From Lama guanicoe (taxonomy: Eukaryota): DNA of 64,000 bases. Positions 34,976 to 48,495 of the stretch are shown in pieces. The DNA is taken from assembly GCA_013239625.1 (NCBI GenBank), contig MU053482.1, forward strand, positions 4,973,775-5,037,774, read 5' to 3'. The notes below the pieces were generated by a model. The model saw nothing but the letters and a program-made list of their open reading frames with translations, ran no database searches and was not told where the DNA came from. The position numbers were made by a program, and so were the translations under genes. Numbering within the stretch: the stretch's first letter is position 1; each line of letters opens with the position of its first letter.

Positions 34976-36884
34976 ATGAGTCTCTGGCAGATATTATCAA
35001 GGCTGTAGAGAAAGATCTGTGCCTTTGCTCTCATGGAACGTACCTCTTATGTTTAGCCAGATGATATTATTGCTTCTGTTTTTCTTAAACTAGCTAAAAA
35101 TGTTTATGATAAAAAAAAATTCAAAGAGGCTGGAAATATAAACTGAAAAGTAAGCCCCCCTTTCCTTTCTAACTCCTAGGCTTTCACAGTAATAGTGCAA
35201 CCGATGATGATGCTAATTGTACTAATAGTACAGTGTCAGAAATTCTCGGTTTTGCAAGCATACGTACTCTGTTTTTAAACATCTGGAACACCTGTGTAAA
35301 AAGTGTTCCGCTTACACTTTGCACATACCCATTTATCTTGAGTCTCTTTCACATACCCCACTTTTTTAATAAACAATTTTATGCATTGCCTAGACATGCC
35401 ATAGTTAAATTTAACCAGTTCCCTATCAATGAACATTAAAATTTTTTGTGGTATTTCGCTCCTCCAAACAATGTTGCCTTGTATAGGCTTGCAAACGAAA
35501 GCATTCTGTACCTGTTTATCTGTACAGTAAATCTGTAGAAGTGAAACTGCTGTGTCAAAATTTTGCTAGGTTTGAATTTTGTTGGATATTACCAAATTGC
35601 TCACCAAGAAAGGAAGAAAAACACCTACCTGAATTTTAAAACTCTTATTTCTCCTTAAGAATTCAGTCTTGAAAAGAAAGAGTAGAAATGAACATTTATC
35701 CTGAACTGTAATTTTATTGGAAATGCTTTCCCTTGGCCACACATTTTTAGGCATCAAATTCTTAGACTTCTGGTATAGACAGAATGTTCTGGATTTCAAG
35801 GCAAAATCCTATGGATTCTTAACTGCCTCTCCACTCCCGGGCCTGCCGCCCTGTTCTCAGACTGAAGCACTTTTGTTTTCTTCCTTCAACTTTCAGGATA
35901 AATATGTAGAGATTTCACACTCTTCTGGAATGGATGCCCTTTCTGCAGAGGGCCCAGATTTCTCACTGGAGGAGAAAATCACAGAAGAGCATCCCCAAGC
36001 AGACGTCTGAACCCTGGGTCTTGCTGAGTGTCCCACAAGCCCGGTTGCCCCTCTGCCTCCTTGAATCCCTCCGGGCCCGGAAACAGCTGGGTCTTGCCAG
36101 GAAGTGTTTTTCCTTCTGCCTCCAGTCCCTTTGGCAGGGAGAGATGGGGCTTGTTAGCAGACTAATTTCCTTTTAGGGATGACTGCTCCACCAGTCCCCA
36201 GCCAACCAGGAACAGAAACCCAGTGACAAAGATAATAAATTGTGTCCAGGACCGCAGTGAGGAGGCGGAGCCAGATGACTCCTCTGAGCTCCTGCGTCCT
36301 CCCGTTACATTCCAAGAGCTGCCTTCCTTAGGGCTTAGATCACTCCCTAAGAGCAGCACCCCCACCAGGCTGCTGGGGAAGGCCAGCCGCTGTTTGCTGG
36401 CCGGGGTGGAGGGGACCTGGTGAGGGCCTTGGCTGCAAACAAGTCCTGGATTTTTCTTGTGGCCTGGTCGTTGAATAGGCTAGTGAGCCTGGCTCCCCCT
36501 CGGAACAAGACAGTGCATTTCTGCTCTCCAGGGGCTCGCAGTCTAGCCTCTAGGGACCCCTGTCCTGTGCCTAGCTCAGTGCCCTGGAGGGAGACACATC
36601 TAATAGCTTGGTGACACTGGGAAAGTCACTTCATTTCTCTCAACCTCAGTTTTCCCCTCTGCAGAATAAGGATGGAAAGAACTTAATACCACTCTCTAGT
36701 GTTGTTAATAATTAATAAGCTAATTCTTGTCAAAGGCTTGGCTTGGAACTTGGCACACACAAAGCACTTAATATTAATTGCTATTATTACTACTATGTCT
36801 GCTGTTCCTCTTGACCCATTTTGTGAATAAAAAATGGGGAAATGTGGTTTGGCTGTAGCTCTCATCCCTGCCTGTGATTTGTAA

Positions 36885-37140
36885 TAATAACAGTGAACAT
36901 ATATATAGAGCTCAGTGTGTCCCAGGGCCTCATGTATGCTGACTCTCATTCTACCAAACCCTGTGAGTAGTGTTGAGGTAGGTTCTCCTATTACCCCCAT
37001 TTTATGTGTGAATAAACCGAGGCAAAGAGAGGTTGAGCAACTAGCCCATAGCTAGTAAATGTTGAAGCAGTGGAGCTTGGGTTCAAACCCAGATTGTCAG
37101 CTCTAGAATCTGTTTTTCTAACCACTATGTCCTCCTGCCT
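36885..37140 (-). mobile_element. MIR
   Basis: ccccattttatgtgtgaataaaccgaggc...gggttcaaacccagattgtc. Confidence 0.75.
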
Positions 37141-37230
37141 CTCAGTATATGTTTGTCTATTTCTATAGGAACATTTTCCAAAGATATAACAGTCAAGTGA
37201 CATTTACTTAACTCTTTTTGCTTGCATTTA

Positions 37231-37353
37231 TTTGGTTTTTGTTTTGTTTTGCAGGGAGGTAATTAGGTTTATGTATTTTTTAATGGAAGTACTGGGGATT
37301 GAACTTGTGCATGCTAACCACACACTCTACCACTGAGCTATACCATCCACCCT
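37231..37353 (-). mobile_element. tRNA-Ala-derived SINE (vic-1-like)
   Basis: tggaagtactggggattgaac...ctctaccactgagctatacc. TSD tctttttgct(t/a)gcattta at 37213-37230 and 37354-37371. Confidence 0.88.
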
Positions 37354-37477
37354 TCTTTTTGCTAGCATTTAAAAAAAATGTTGATTTTTCTTGTAATAGC
37401 AATATAGCGTTATAAAAAGTTTTGGAAAATACAGAAGAGGAAGATAAAAGTATTTATCTACGTTGCTGCCACCTAGA

Positions 37478-37770
37478 CCAGTAGTCTAGATGAAGGGTTT
37501 TTTATTTCCAATCCTTTGTGGACTGTGATTTCCTACTGTGTGCGACTGCTGTGCTGTAGCCTGAAAGTGTCCATTCCAGTTTGACAGCACTCGAGCTGGT
37601 CTGTACCCTGTTCAGCTGACAATTCCATGGAACGTACACAGGGATGTTGCAGCAATATCAAATTGCTAAAAGTTTCTAAATGCACACTTTAAAATTATTT
37701 TCTTGATAAACAGGTAACACAGTTCACAGACTGGTACTGATCTGTGACTCACACTCTAAATTGCAGTGAC
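37478..37770. mobile_element. MER119-like hAT element
   Basis: gctggtctgtaccctgttcagctga...caaattgctaaaagtttctaaa...cacactctaaattgcagtg. Confidence 0.55.
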
Positions 37771-38622
37771 TTTGACAGACACTGTTTCCATTTTAGCATG
37801 TTTATTTCCAGTATTCTGGTTTTTTGTTTATTTTTAGTCTTTACACATTTCTTTTTCTCACTACATTTCCTGTTACAATGTTACTATGAATAATTCTTGA
37901 GTATGATCTTTAAGGAATATGATATGGTAATAGTAATATTCCATCTGGAAGATGGAGCATAGATTACCAACATGTGTCTGCTATCATGGAGTCTAGTATG
38001 TTTCCAGTTATTTGCCATGATAAAAATATGATGGCAAACAGTTTTAGTATAATTGCTTTCCCATATTTAATGTTATTTCCATAGGGTAGATTTCCCAGAA
38101 TAGAATTACTGGATCAAACAATATGAAACCTTTTAAATGTCTTGATAGTTATTACCAGGTTACTTCCTAAAAAGGATATGCCAATATATGCTCCCAGCAG
38201 TGGTCTGTGAGAGTGTCAGCTTAACTCCATCCTTTTCTGCATTCATTATTATAATTTAATTAATGGGAACAGCCTTAATTATTTTTAATTTCTTTGATTA
38301 CTGGTGAGGTTGAACATTTTCCATGCATGTAGCCGTTTATATTTCCTCTTTTGCTTTATACTCAGTTGGGCACTAGAATAAAATTTTATTGCTTTGAACA
38401 GATTTCAAAGTACTTTGAATTGGAAGCCAAGTAAATCTGTACATAATGTCTGTACTTACTGATGTACAGTATCTCTATTTTCTAGGTCCTTGAAGAAACC
38501 TTTTCTCTGCTGCTAGAATGAGGGGATGGCTTTGTGTGATCATGAGGGTTCTCATCTTTAGAATAACCCAACTGAATTAATAGCAAATGCTACACATCAG
38601 TAATGTAGCCAGTGTATGGGAC

Positions 38623-38965
38623 TGTTAGGATCTGAATGAATGTGTTCCCTCTGAAATTCATATGTTGAGATCCTGATCCCCAAGTGATGGTGTTAGGAGG
38701 TGGGGCCTTTGGGAGGTGATGTGGGGGAGATTAATGCCTCTATAACAGAGGCCCCAGAGACAGCCCCTGCCCCCTTCCCCTGTGTGAGGACACAGTGAGA
38801 AGGAGCCGGCTATGAGCCTCGAGGCAGGCCCTTACCAGACACAAACATGCTGAGGCCTTGATCTTACACTTCCAGCCTCTGAGAACCGTGAGAAATACAT
38901 GTCTGTTATCTACAAGCCACCTAGTCAATGGCATTTTGTAATAGCAGCCCAACAGACTTAAGACA
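38623..38965 (+). mobile_element. MLT1A-like MaLR solo LTR
   Basis: TG...CA termini; ttcatatgttgagatcct...ggggcctttgggaggtga...atagcagccc. Perfect 5-bp TSD GGGAC at 38618-38622 and 38966-38970. Confidence 0.92.
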
Positions 38966-39037
38966 GGGACATTTCTTGAGTATTTCCAATTATTTCCTCA
39001 GAAATATTTTTTCTCTCTGTTTTCTTTTTCTTTTCCT

Positions 39038-39039
39038 GT

Positions 39040-39079
<40 letters not shown>
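39038..39079. repeat. Compound (TG)n(AG)n microsatellite
   Basis: Read directly. Confidence 0.9.
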
Positions 39080-40456
39080 TCTGTGTCTCTTTTGTAAGTA
39101 TTGCAAGCCAGCTTGAATTAATTAATTTTGAAACTACTGATTCACTGGAATTTCTGACTATTTTTTGTTAATTATGGGAAATGTAGGAAGAAGTTTTGAA
39201 ATCTGGATGATTTTAGGAAATCCTAGAGGCCTGAACACAAACATTTAACCATACCCCTGTGTGCTGCACCAGCCATGCAGGCAAAGTGAGGCCTGAGCAG
39301 CGGTACAGGCTGGGGTCTGGCAGTAAATGTTGACCTGTAGTTCCCTTAAAGCTATTTGTTGAGAGCTGTTTGCTCTTTATTAACATCAAGAGATATTTGT
39401 CAGTATGGCAACGATTTCTCAGTATGCCCCAAAGGGTGCCCTTTCAAAGTGTATGCCAATGAGAGATGTAGCAATGGTGATGTGACCAGAATATTCCATC
39501 GCAGTTGATTCCCACCTTAACAAGCCTGCGGCCCCCTCCCAGGGTTGGTAGGTATTTTTAAGCAATGCAAAAGACCTTCATTGGAACCTGTAGTTACTGT
39601 ATAGGCAAATAAGTATAACTTGCTAAAATATGTGGATATTATGGGAATTTAGAATGGAAGTTATCTAATTTCATACTTAGGAAAGCTATTAATAAGCACC
39701 CACCCCCTAAAAAGTGCACTATGTTCAAGTTAGTTTGGGGAAAGCTAGGTAAAAGGATCTTCTTTTGTTGCATATCAAGGCTTGTTATCCTCTCTGAATT
39801 TCCAAAGCAAGGGCAAGTGACATAGAGGATACAGTGTTTCCAAAACTTTTTTTTTGCCTATAGGATTCTACTTTTCAAAAAGCATCTACTAACCTCTTGC
39901 AAAACAGGTATTTTGCAGCACACAACATACAATGGAAAATGCTGGAGGCCAGCCCAGCTTCAGTAGCCTCGATGTTGACATTGATCATGAATCTTTGGAA
40001 GCTGTTGTAATGAATTATGGGCTGGTGTGTGAAATGGGATAGCCCCTACTTTATAAGATTGATTTTTGGAATGCAGTTATTCATCATCAATGCTCTTTTA
40101 TGTTTGGTGGTAGATCAGGAACCTTTGGGGAGCAATAGGCTTGGGAAACCATGATCACAGGTCAAGTGTTTAATGGCCCTAAAAATGTTTCTTCCTCTTA
40201 CTAAAACAGAATAATCTAGACAGCCCAGAAAGTGACGACATTTTATATAACTTAGCTTAGAGGGTCAATGTCATGGCAGTGGTTAAGGAGAGTGGAGGCC
40301 TGTGTCAAATCTAGATTTTGCCACTTAATTAGCTGTGTGCCTGGGCAGTTAGTCAACCCATCAGAATTCTCAAATTCTCCACCTATAGAATGAGGATATT
40401 TCACCTTCTAGGGTTGATGTGGGGATTAAAAATGCATGTAACGTGCTCAGACTCTC

Positions 40457-40790
40457 ATGTATCAGTTGAGATCCTGGCAGAGAACAGTTGGCATCCTCTC
40501 TGGAGCAATTGAAGGTCCCTTTACAAAGATGTGAGGGGGTTGAAGAAACCCACAATGGTGGGGCACCCCGGGGCTGACAATGGCTTGGAACTGTTACTGA
40601 CTGCTCTTAAGGCTTAAGGGGCAGGGGCAGGGTATTGAGCAGCAGCTGGGGAGAAAGCTGGAGCTATAGAAGCAAAACAGGGCCTTGCAGGGAGGGAGGC
40701 AGGGACGAAACATCCTGATCTCATCCATCAGCCAAACCCAGCTGTGGCGGAGAGTGGATTTGGAGCAGCAAATTGGTAGCACAAATGGTA
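40457..40790 (-). mobile_element. Ancient ERVL-type LTR related to 19735-20235
   Basis: tgtatcagttgagatcctggcagagaacagttggca...ctgttact...aggcttaaggggcagggg. Confidence 0.45.
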
Positions 40791-43700
40791 AGGGCTCAGT
40801 ACCTGTTGACTAAATTTCATGAATACTATGTAATTAACTTCCTTTTTCCCTTTGGTCCCAAGAAGTTCTGTAGGATTGCTCTTGCTTACTCTCAGTGTCA
40901 CCTTTGGAAAACTGAAAATTACTTAACCTCGTTGTGCTTCAGTTTTCTCTCTCTCTGCAAAGGAGATACTGCTAGAACATTTCTTGTGCTGGGGGAAATA
41001 TAGTGAGTTAACACATGGCAGGCACCTGCAGCACTGCCTGGGACGTAATAAGCTCTCAGTAAACATGAAGCCATCAGCTGTTTCCCTTCCTCACAGTTTC
41101 AAAGGGACCAAAGGGCTGTGTATGTTGTGCTTCGTTGCAGACTCTATGCACATATATACATAAGAAGGAGCTCATTCTCCTCCTGGATCTGGCCCTCTAT
41201 CTGCAGGTTTAACACCTTTCTAATTTTGTGATTCAGTTGTTGAGTCTCCATTCTGAACCTTGACTCAGTCCCAGAAACCTGAATACAATTTCTGAGGCTG
41301 ATGGTAACTTTTCTGTAATGTACTTGGCACAGCAGAGAAGGTATTTCTCAACCCTGCTATGTAAGCCGTGGTTAGCTCTGCCCATTAAATCTTTGTACTA
41401 AAGCATGTGTCATCAACCCTGCCAGCACGTGTCTAGGCTGCCTCCCTCCCTCCCCACAGAGGCTGGCAGTGGGAAACAGCTCTGAGATCTTGTCCACTGT
41501 TCTCAGTTTCCACCCCCATCCCTCTCTCTCTCTCCTCCCAGCCCCCACCCCTCTTCAAGGCTTCATTGTGAAACCACTGCTCCACTCTGCCTTCTCCTTT
41601 ACTCTCCTCCTCTCCCTCCCCTACCTTTTCTATTAATCATAACGGCAAGGGGAGGGGAAGGAGGAATCCTCTTGCTTTCCCAGTTTTGCTCTGAGCAGCC
41701 TGTGTCTTTGGTTTTCAGGTCACCAGGATGGGGAACAGGTGCCTGGATTGGTCCCCTAGTGGGCGATAGGACACACACAGCCCTCAGGGGCTGATGGTCA
41801 TGCTCTCACATGCTGAAGGTGGGAGGCCTCCTCTCCTTCCCAGCACCCAGCCAGTGCTCTGAGCATTTCAACCGTGGCTTGTGGGATTCTGATGTGAGAC
41901 CCAGACAATATTAGGCCATATACTTGAAGTATATGTTCAATATTTATGTCGTGGGGATGGGGAGAAACTAGTATTTATCTAAATATAGCTAGAAAGCCTG
42001 TTTCTTTGTCTTCAAAACAAGGGAATACACATGTTTATTTTGTGTGATTTTCTGAACTAAGCAACATCTTGGAAAATACAAAAAAGAAGTTTAAAGTGAG
42101 TTACTCAAAGATGTCACTTATTCCCACTAAATAGGTCTAATGGCTTAGGTTAGTTTGGTTTATAAATTTCAGCAGACCTGGACCTGCTGACTTCAGGCTC
42201 CTGACAGCTGGCAGGTTTCGGGGTTGGTGGTGTGGCCTCTAGGTACACCTTGTAACTTGCACATTTGGCAGTGCAAACCTCTTCATCCAAAATAGTTTTC
42301 CTAGAGGGCTGTGCTTTTCCCCCTTCCACCAAGTGTGCTATTTTCTGTGACAGAGGGGACCAATTCTACTTTATCAGTATTGGAAGAAGCAGTATGTGGA
42401 AACCTGAATTAACTGGTACCGTGTTTCCAATTTATTCTGGGATTTTAAAAGAAATTTTAGCATTTCTTACAAACTTGCACCCCAGGCAGCTGTCTAGCTG
42501 GCTCACCATTTAATATGGCTCTTCTTTTTTTTTTTTTAATCATTGGGAAATGCTTAGATAGGAGGCTGGCCAGGACCTCAGTTACGGCCTGCGTGTAGTG
42601 TTTATTCATTTGTTTAGCAAACACCGAGTAGTATTCCAGTCTGAATCTCCTTTGAGTCTTGGGTTTGCAGATGACAGCAGGATATTCTGGGGGCTCCAGG
42701 CTTAGAGGTTCTTAATTTGGAGAGGTCAGTCCATTTGTTGCAGGGATGTTGGTACGTGCAGACTCTGTTCTCTGGGGATGCCAATGAGGGTGTGTCAGGG
42801 TCCCCGGGAAAGGGTCCAATCCTAAAGGGATTCAAGAGCACACTCAGTCTCAGCAGTCTAGGAGGAGGGAAGAGGGAAAGCCCTTTGTGTTAGAGCCTAG
42901 TCCAAGAGCTTGATGCTGCTGGCAGTTGGAATTGCTTTTGTAGCTTAAGCCTTCTGCAGTGGGGCCATCCCTCGTGGGCACGGGATGGCAATTGGCCAGG
43001 GCCTTGTGCCAATAATTAGGTGGAGACTGGAAAGAAAGCACTGAATTTGGCCCCATATGGGGCAGTGCGGGTGGCCCCACTCACTTCCAGCTGTGGAGCT
43101 TGAGTCATCTGAGACCCTGGCCAGGGTGTTTGGACGTGTGGCCAAACCCAGAGCCATTTTGGTCCTGGCACCTGACCCTGGCCTCCTCATCTCTTCTGGA
43201 GCTTAATGAGCCATCGTCTGAAGTCACCGAGGAAGGCAGTGGAAGGCCGGGGAGAACACCTCCTAATGTAATTGACATGGTTCTCACACGGTCCATATGG
43301 GAGCAGTAATGAACATCACTCACGTGTGCCTGGTTTTCCAATTTACGAAGACAGGAATTTGGGCTGTGTCAACTACCAGCTGGGTATCTTTGTACAAACC
43401 ACTCAGACCCTCTCAGCCTCAGTTTCCTCATTTATAAAACAAGGATAATAAATCACTGCCTTGCCCATCTAATGGGATTTTTTTATATGAGAAAGTGAAG
43501 GAAGGGGCAAAAGGCAGAATAGGACACAAAAAAATGGGCTGGGAGAGGTCTGGAGGAAATGCCAAGAATACAGTTTTTGACGTGAAGCAGGTGAGATGGT
43601 AAAGAAAGGCGTTGTCTTCTTGAGGCTGCCTAAGAGTGCATCGTAGTAAATGTAGTGGGCACTGAAATTGCATTGTTCAATTCAAATCATACTGTAGCTG

Positions 43701-43969
43701 TAATTCCCCTGGTTACAGAAGTCGCACATGCTTATAAGAAAAAATTTAGAAAAAATGTTAAGTATTAAGGCAAACATTAAAATAAACCATAGTCTTTTCA
43801 CTGTTAATATTTGGATGTTTTCTTCTCTCTCATTGTTCATATAGCTAATATTTTAATAGTGAGAATCATACTATATATTCAGTTATGGGACCAAGCTTTT
43901 TCAATGTAAATTCGTGTACATAAATGTTTTTAGCTTTTTTTTTTTTTTTACAAAATTGGAATCATGCTG

Positions 43970-44439
43970 TGTATCAGGGTTCTCCAGAGAAATAGAACCA
44001 GTGGGAGGTGTGTGTGTGTGTGTGTGTATACAACACATACATATATGTAATACGTATATACACATACACATGTGTATATATGCATGGAGAAATACATATA
44101 CACATATATATTTGAAGAAATGTAGTCCAAGGGGTTGGTTTACCTGATTGTGGGACTGGCAAGTCCCACGTATGTAGGGCAGGCCAGCAAGCTGAAAACT
44201 CAGGCAGGAGTCAATGCTGCAGTCTTGAGGCAGAAATCCTTCTTTGGGAAATCTCAGTTTTTGCTGGTAAGACCTTCAACTGATGAGGTCTGCCCGCATT
44301 AGAGAAAGTAATCCTCACCTGAAGTCAACTGATTGTAGTTGTTAACCCCACCTACAAAATCCCTTCACAGCAAAATCTAGTGTTTAAGTAACTGGGTCCT
44401 GTGGCCTAGCCAACTTGACACGTAAAACTGACCGTTACG
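43970..44439 (-). mobile_element. MLT2B-like ERVL LTR with internal (TG)/(CA)/(TA) microsatellite, nested in an old L1
   Basis: tgtatcagggttctccagagaaatagaacca...tggcctagccaacttgacacgtaaaactgacc. Confidence 0.88.
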
Positions 44440-44779
44440 AATGATATACCCCAGGTTTGTATTTCGATCTTTTCTCTTTGCATGTCATGAATATTTTTTT
44501 CATAGCATCAAACGTTTTATAAGAACTTGATATTTAATGACGATATTGTTTCTTTTCACCAAATGGCTTCATCATGATTTGCTTATAAATTTCCCTGCTG
44601 TTTACTATTTAGATTATATCCGGTTTTTGTAGGTATAACATTGTGACATTTTTGGATGCATCTATCTTTTATGTATTCTTTATTAATCCCTAGAATATGT
44701 CATTAGTGGAAAATTACTGGGTCAAAAGTTACAAAGATTTTAAGGCTTTTGATACACGTTGCTAACTTTTCTCTAAGTT

Positions 44780-44940
44780 GCTGCCTCTCAAGGCGTGATC
44801 CTTGTACCAACACCGCCAGTAACTGGGTAGCTTGTGAGAAAGGCAGATTCTTGGGCCTGGCCCCAGACCTGCTGAATGAGACTCTGCATTTTAATTAGAG
44901 CCCCATGTGACCTGCATACATGTGACAGTTTGAGAGGTCC
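44780..44940. mobile_element. MER5A-like hAT MITE
   Basis: gcagattcttgggcctggccccagacctgctgaatgagactctgcattttaa...agtttgaga. Confidence 0.75.
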
Positions 44941-44973
44941 TCCCCAAGAAAACGTGTACTGATTTATAGACCA

Positions 44974-45336
44974 TGCTGTGGTCTGAATGTTTGCGTTCCC
45001 CCAAAGCACATCTGCTGAACTCCTAACGCCTGGTGTTATGGGATTAGTAGATGGGGCCTTTGGGAGGTGCTTATGTCACGGGCGTGCAGCCCTTGTGAAT
45101 GGGGCTAATACGTTATGCAAGAGGCTCCAGGAAGACCTCTAGCCCCTTCTACCATAGAAGGGCACAGCGAACAGGGTCCAGCTATGAGCCAGGAAGGGGT
45201 CCTCGCCAGGAACTTGCCCGTGCTGGCGCCTTGGCTTTGGACTTACAGCCTCCAGAGTATGACAAGTATATTTCCGTTGTTTATAAGCCACCCAGTCAGT
45301 GGTGTTTTGCTGTAGCAGCCCGAGTGGACTAAGACG
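44974..45336 (+). mobile_element. MLT1A-like MaLR solo LTR
   Basis: tgctgtggtctgaatgtttgcgttccccc...ggggcctttgggaggtg...ttgtttataagccacccagtc...tagcagcccgagtggactaagac. Confidence 0.88.
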
Positions 45337-47469
45337 TGCCAGAAGAACATAGAGATACTTGTTCCACTTCATGCTCATCAAAATTGGGCACCATTTTGTT
45401 TTTCACCTTCTTAATTTGCTAGCCAAAAACTGATACTCATTGTTCTTTGGATTTTTATTCTATAACAGACTTATCGAATAGGCTGACTTCCATTGGAGTT
45501 CAATCAGGAAAACGCTCTCCCCTCCCCCCACTACCAAGCGCTGCCTTAAAACATGCTCTGTGACATCTTAGGTGGATTGCGTGCCTTTGCAGTCTCTCCC
45601 AGCTGTGAGGACAGTTAGGTAATTAGGACTCACCTATAGGTATGAGGGCCTAGTCCAGTCTGAAATAAAAGCTGCAGCTAACGGGCTGTGTGGCTGGGGG
45701 AGCGGGCAGTGGGCCTGGTGTGGTCTTTCATTCCTTCTCCACTCCCTCCTCCTCTCTTATCTTTGCCTGGGGTAGGAAAGAATATGAGAGGGAGGGACAA
45801 AAGTCTTCCAGTACTGGTGCCATTGTTACAATGTTCTCCTGACTGTTGATGTCTTGCTGGCTCATCGCTGATGCCCCGTATTTGTTTCTTCCAAGGCCCT
45901 GCTGGGAATTTTTAAAGAGTTCTTTCAGGTGGTTAGTTTGGTTGAGGTTTATATCTCTGGAATCCGTGATGCAGTGACTTCCCTTGTCACACATGAAAAT
46001 AATGGTGTTTCAGGGCTGCTTTTTAAGGTCCTCACAAATGACAGTGAAGTGGAATGAGAAGCCTGATGTTTAAAAGCTGTGTATCTGATTATGAGAATAG
46101 GGGAACATGAGTTCCTTTGGAGGTTGGAACCATCTTGTTTAAGGTTTGTTTCTGAGGTCTCAGTTCTACCTTGGATGTCTTCAGGAAAAAAAGTAGTGTA
46201 TAAGTATAGTGGGTTTTTTTTCTTTTTTTGCTACAGGCATTATAGATGGAACTGGTGTTAGGGAAAGGCCACAGAAATAGAGATTTATTCTTTGGAGTTG
46301 AAGCCTAGAGGAGATAAACCATGAAAGGATATTTTTAAATATTTTGTTTAAAACATGCTCGGTGAGTCAAAAATTCTTTCTAGCCAGCTTTTCAATTTGT
46401 TTTCTGAAATCAGAAAAAGGGAGATAATCACTCTGGGAGTTAAGAGAAAAGAAGGCTGCTTAAGCTTCAGTTACGGGTCACAGTTTCTGGTTTTTCCTCC
46501 TCTTGGTGGCTTACACCCTTCCACGTGCTCCCCGCTGCCCCAGTGATCCCAGCACAGAGGAAAGCAGCTTGACACGCTCATGACCCAGAGATGTTAGGTC
46601 CTCCCTGCACCACCCTTTTGAAGGCCCTTAGCATGAGGACCGTGCTTGACCCAAGGGCATGGAGCCCCAGCGAGTGGCTTTGTGGTCTAGAGGTGTTTTG
46701 TGATGGTTTCCTTGGCATCTACCCCGCCTGGTAGAGAACAGGTCTTCCTGCCATCTAGCCCATGCTGCTTCCACTCTCCATCCTTTTAAAGGATAAAGCA
46801 TAGATTCCTCAGTCCAGCTTTTAAGGCCTCCAGAGTCTGGTTCTAACTTGACTTTATTTTCCTTTGCTTCCTAATATGCACCTTCTGCTGACTGTCTTCC
46901 ACACACGTCCTGCTGACACTAGAGTCTATGTCCTTGCTCGTGTGTTTCCCTGTCCACCACCCCTGTGCCACCACCCCGGCCCTGCTAGTCGAGCCTGGCT
47001 AACTGCGGCCCCGCACCGTGCTCTCACAGTCTGGCCCCTGCAGCCCTTCCTGGCAGAGCAGTGAACCCTGGATCGTATGCCCGCTGCTGCATCTGGTTGT
47101 TTCATGTTTTGGATTGGTTTCCCCGACTTGATGAGGAATTCTTGGTTTGCAGCGACCATGTCCTCTCCTTGTCTCGTAGCCCGCCCAGTCCCGCACGCAG
47201 ACTGAGCTAAGTTATGCTCTCTGGTTGATTGGGACGTGGTGGCCTGGTCACTGTTTCCCTGCACTCCAGTGAGCAGGGTTCTGCTCAAGAGCTCGAGTTA
47301 GTGTTTTTACTCCTGTGCCTCCCAGCTGGACCATGGGTCACTGGATGGGGAAATCAGGGGGTGGCTCCTGGAGAGGCTGGGGTGTAGCGTACGCCCTGAG
47401 TTGGAATCTCAGGTGACTAGCTCTGTGAACTTGGCCGTATCATATCATTTCCTTACTTCTATAATTCAG

Positions 47470-47845
47470 ATTTGTTTATTTAGAAATAGGTATTGAGTGC
47501 CTACTATGTGCTCAGTCCTATTTTAGGAGTTGGGGATGGAGCAGTAAATAGGAGAGAGATCTGAATAATGAGGGAGGGCCAGCTCTGTGAAAATCTTGGG
47601 GATGAATGTTCCAGAAAGAAGGGTTAGCAGGTGCAGCCACAAAAGTTCGAGGAACCGAAAGGAGGACCACATGGCTGAAGCATGGAGGTCGAGGGGAGGC
47701 CGGTGGGAGATGGGACTGGGAGTTGCGCCAAGGCTAATTCTGTGGGACCTCACAGGGCCATCAGAAGACTGAATTTTTCCCCAAAACATAAGGGACACCA
47801 ATAGAGGATTTTAGCCGGTGAACAGCACGATCTGGTTTATTAACA
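47470..47845 (-). mobile_element. L2 3' fragment
   Basis: tattgagtgcctactatgtgc...aatgttccagaaagaaggg...gaggattttag. Confidence 0.65.
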
Positions 47846-48011
47846 CTGCCTGCCTCTGACCATTAACTGCAACTAAATAAGAGAATGTATGCAAGGTACC
47901 TAGTGGTATGCCTAGTTACACAGTAGGTGCTTGATAGTGGTAATTAATATTTTTATGTTTTAGAGAAGGAATATGATTATCTCCTATAGTCTGACCTTAA
48001 AAGATGAAGTT

Positions 48012-48495
48012 TGCTGTAGGCTGAATAATGGCACCCCCAAAATGTCCATGTCCTAGTCCTTGGAATTGGTAACTATGTTACCTTACGTGGCAAAGAAGAA
48101 TTAAGGCTGCCAATGGAATCAAGGTTGTTAGCCGATCTTAAAGTAGGGAGAGTGTCCTGGATTAACCAGGTGGGTGCAGTGTAAGCACAAGCATCCTTTA
48201 AAGTGGAAGAGAGAGGCAGAAGGGAGTGTACGAGGGAGACCTGACTGTGGAGGAAGGTCAGAGAGACACAGCGTTACTGGCTTTGAAGATGGAGGAAGGG
48301 GCCACTACCCAAGGAATGCAGGTGGCCACAGAACTGGAAGTCAAGGAAGTGGATTCTCCCCTTGAGCCTCCAGAAGGGAAGGCAACCCTGCCAACATTTT
48401 GATTTTAGCCTGATGAAAACCCATTTCAACTTCTGATCACCAGAACTGTGAGATAATACATTTGTGTTGTTTTAAGCCACTAAGTATGTAGTAAG
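48012..48495 (+). mobile_element. MLT1D-like MaLR LTR
   Basis: tgtaggctgaataatggc...tgttaccttacgtggcaaa...gctttgaagatggaggaagggg...tttgtgttgttttaagccactaag. Confidence 0.88.
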
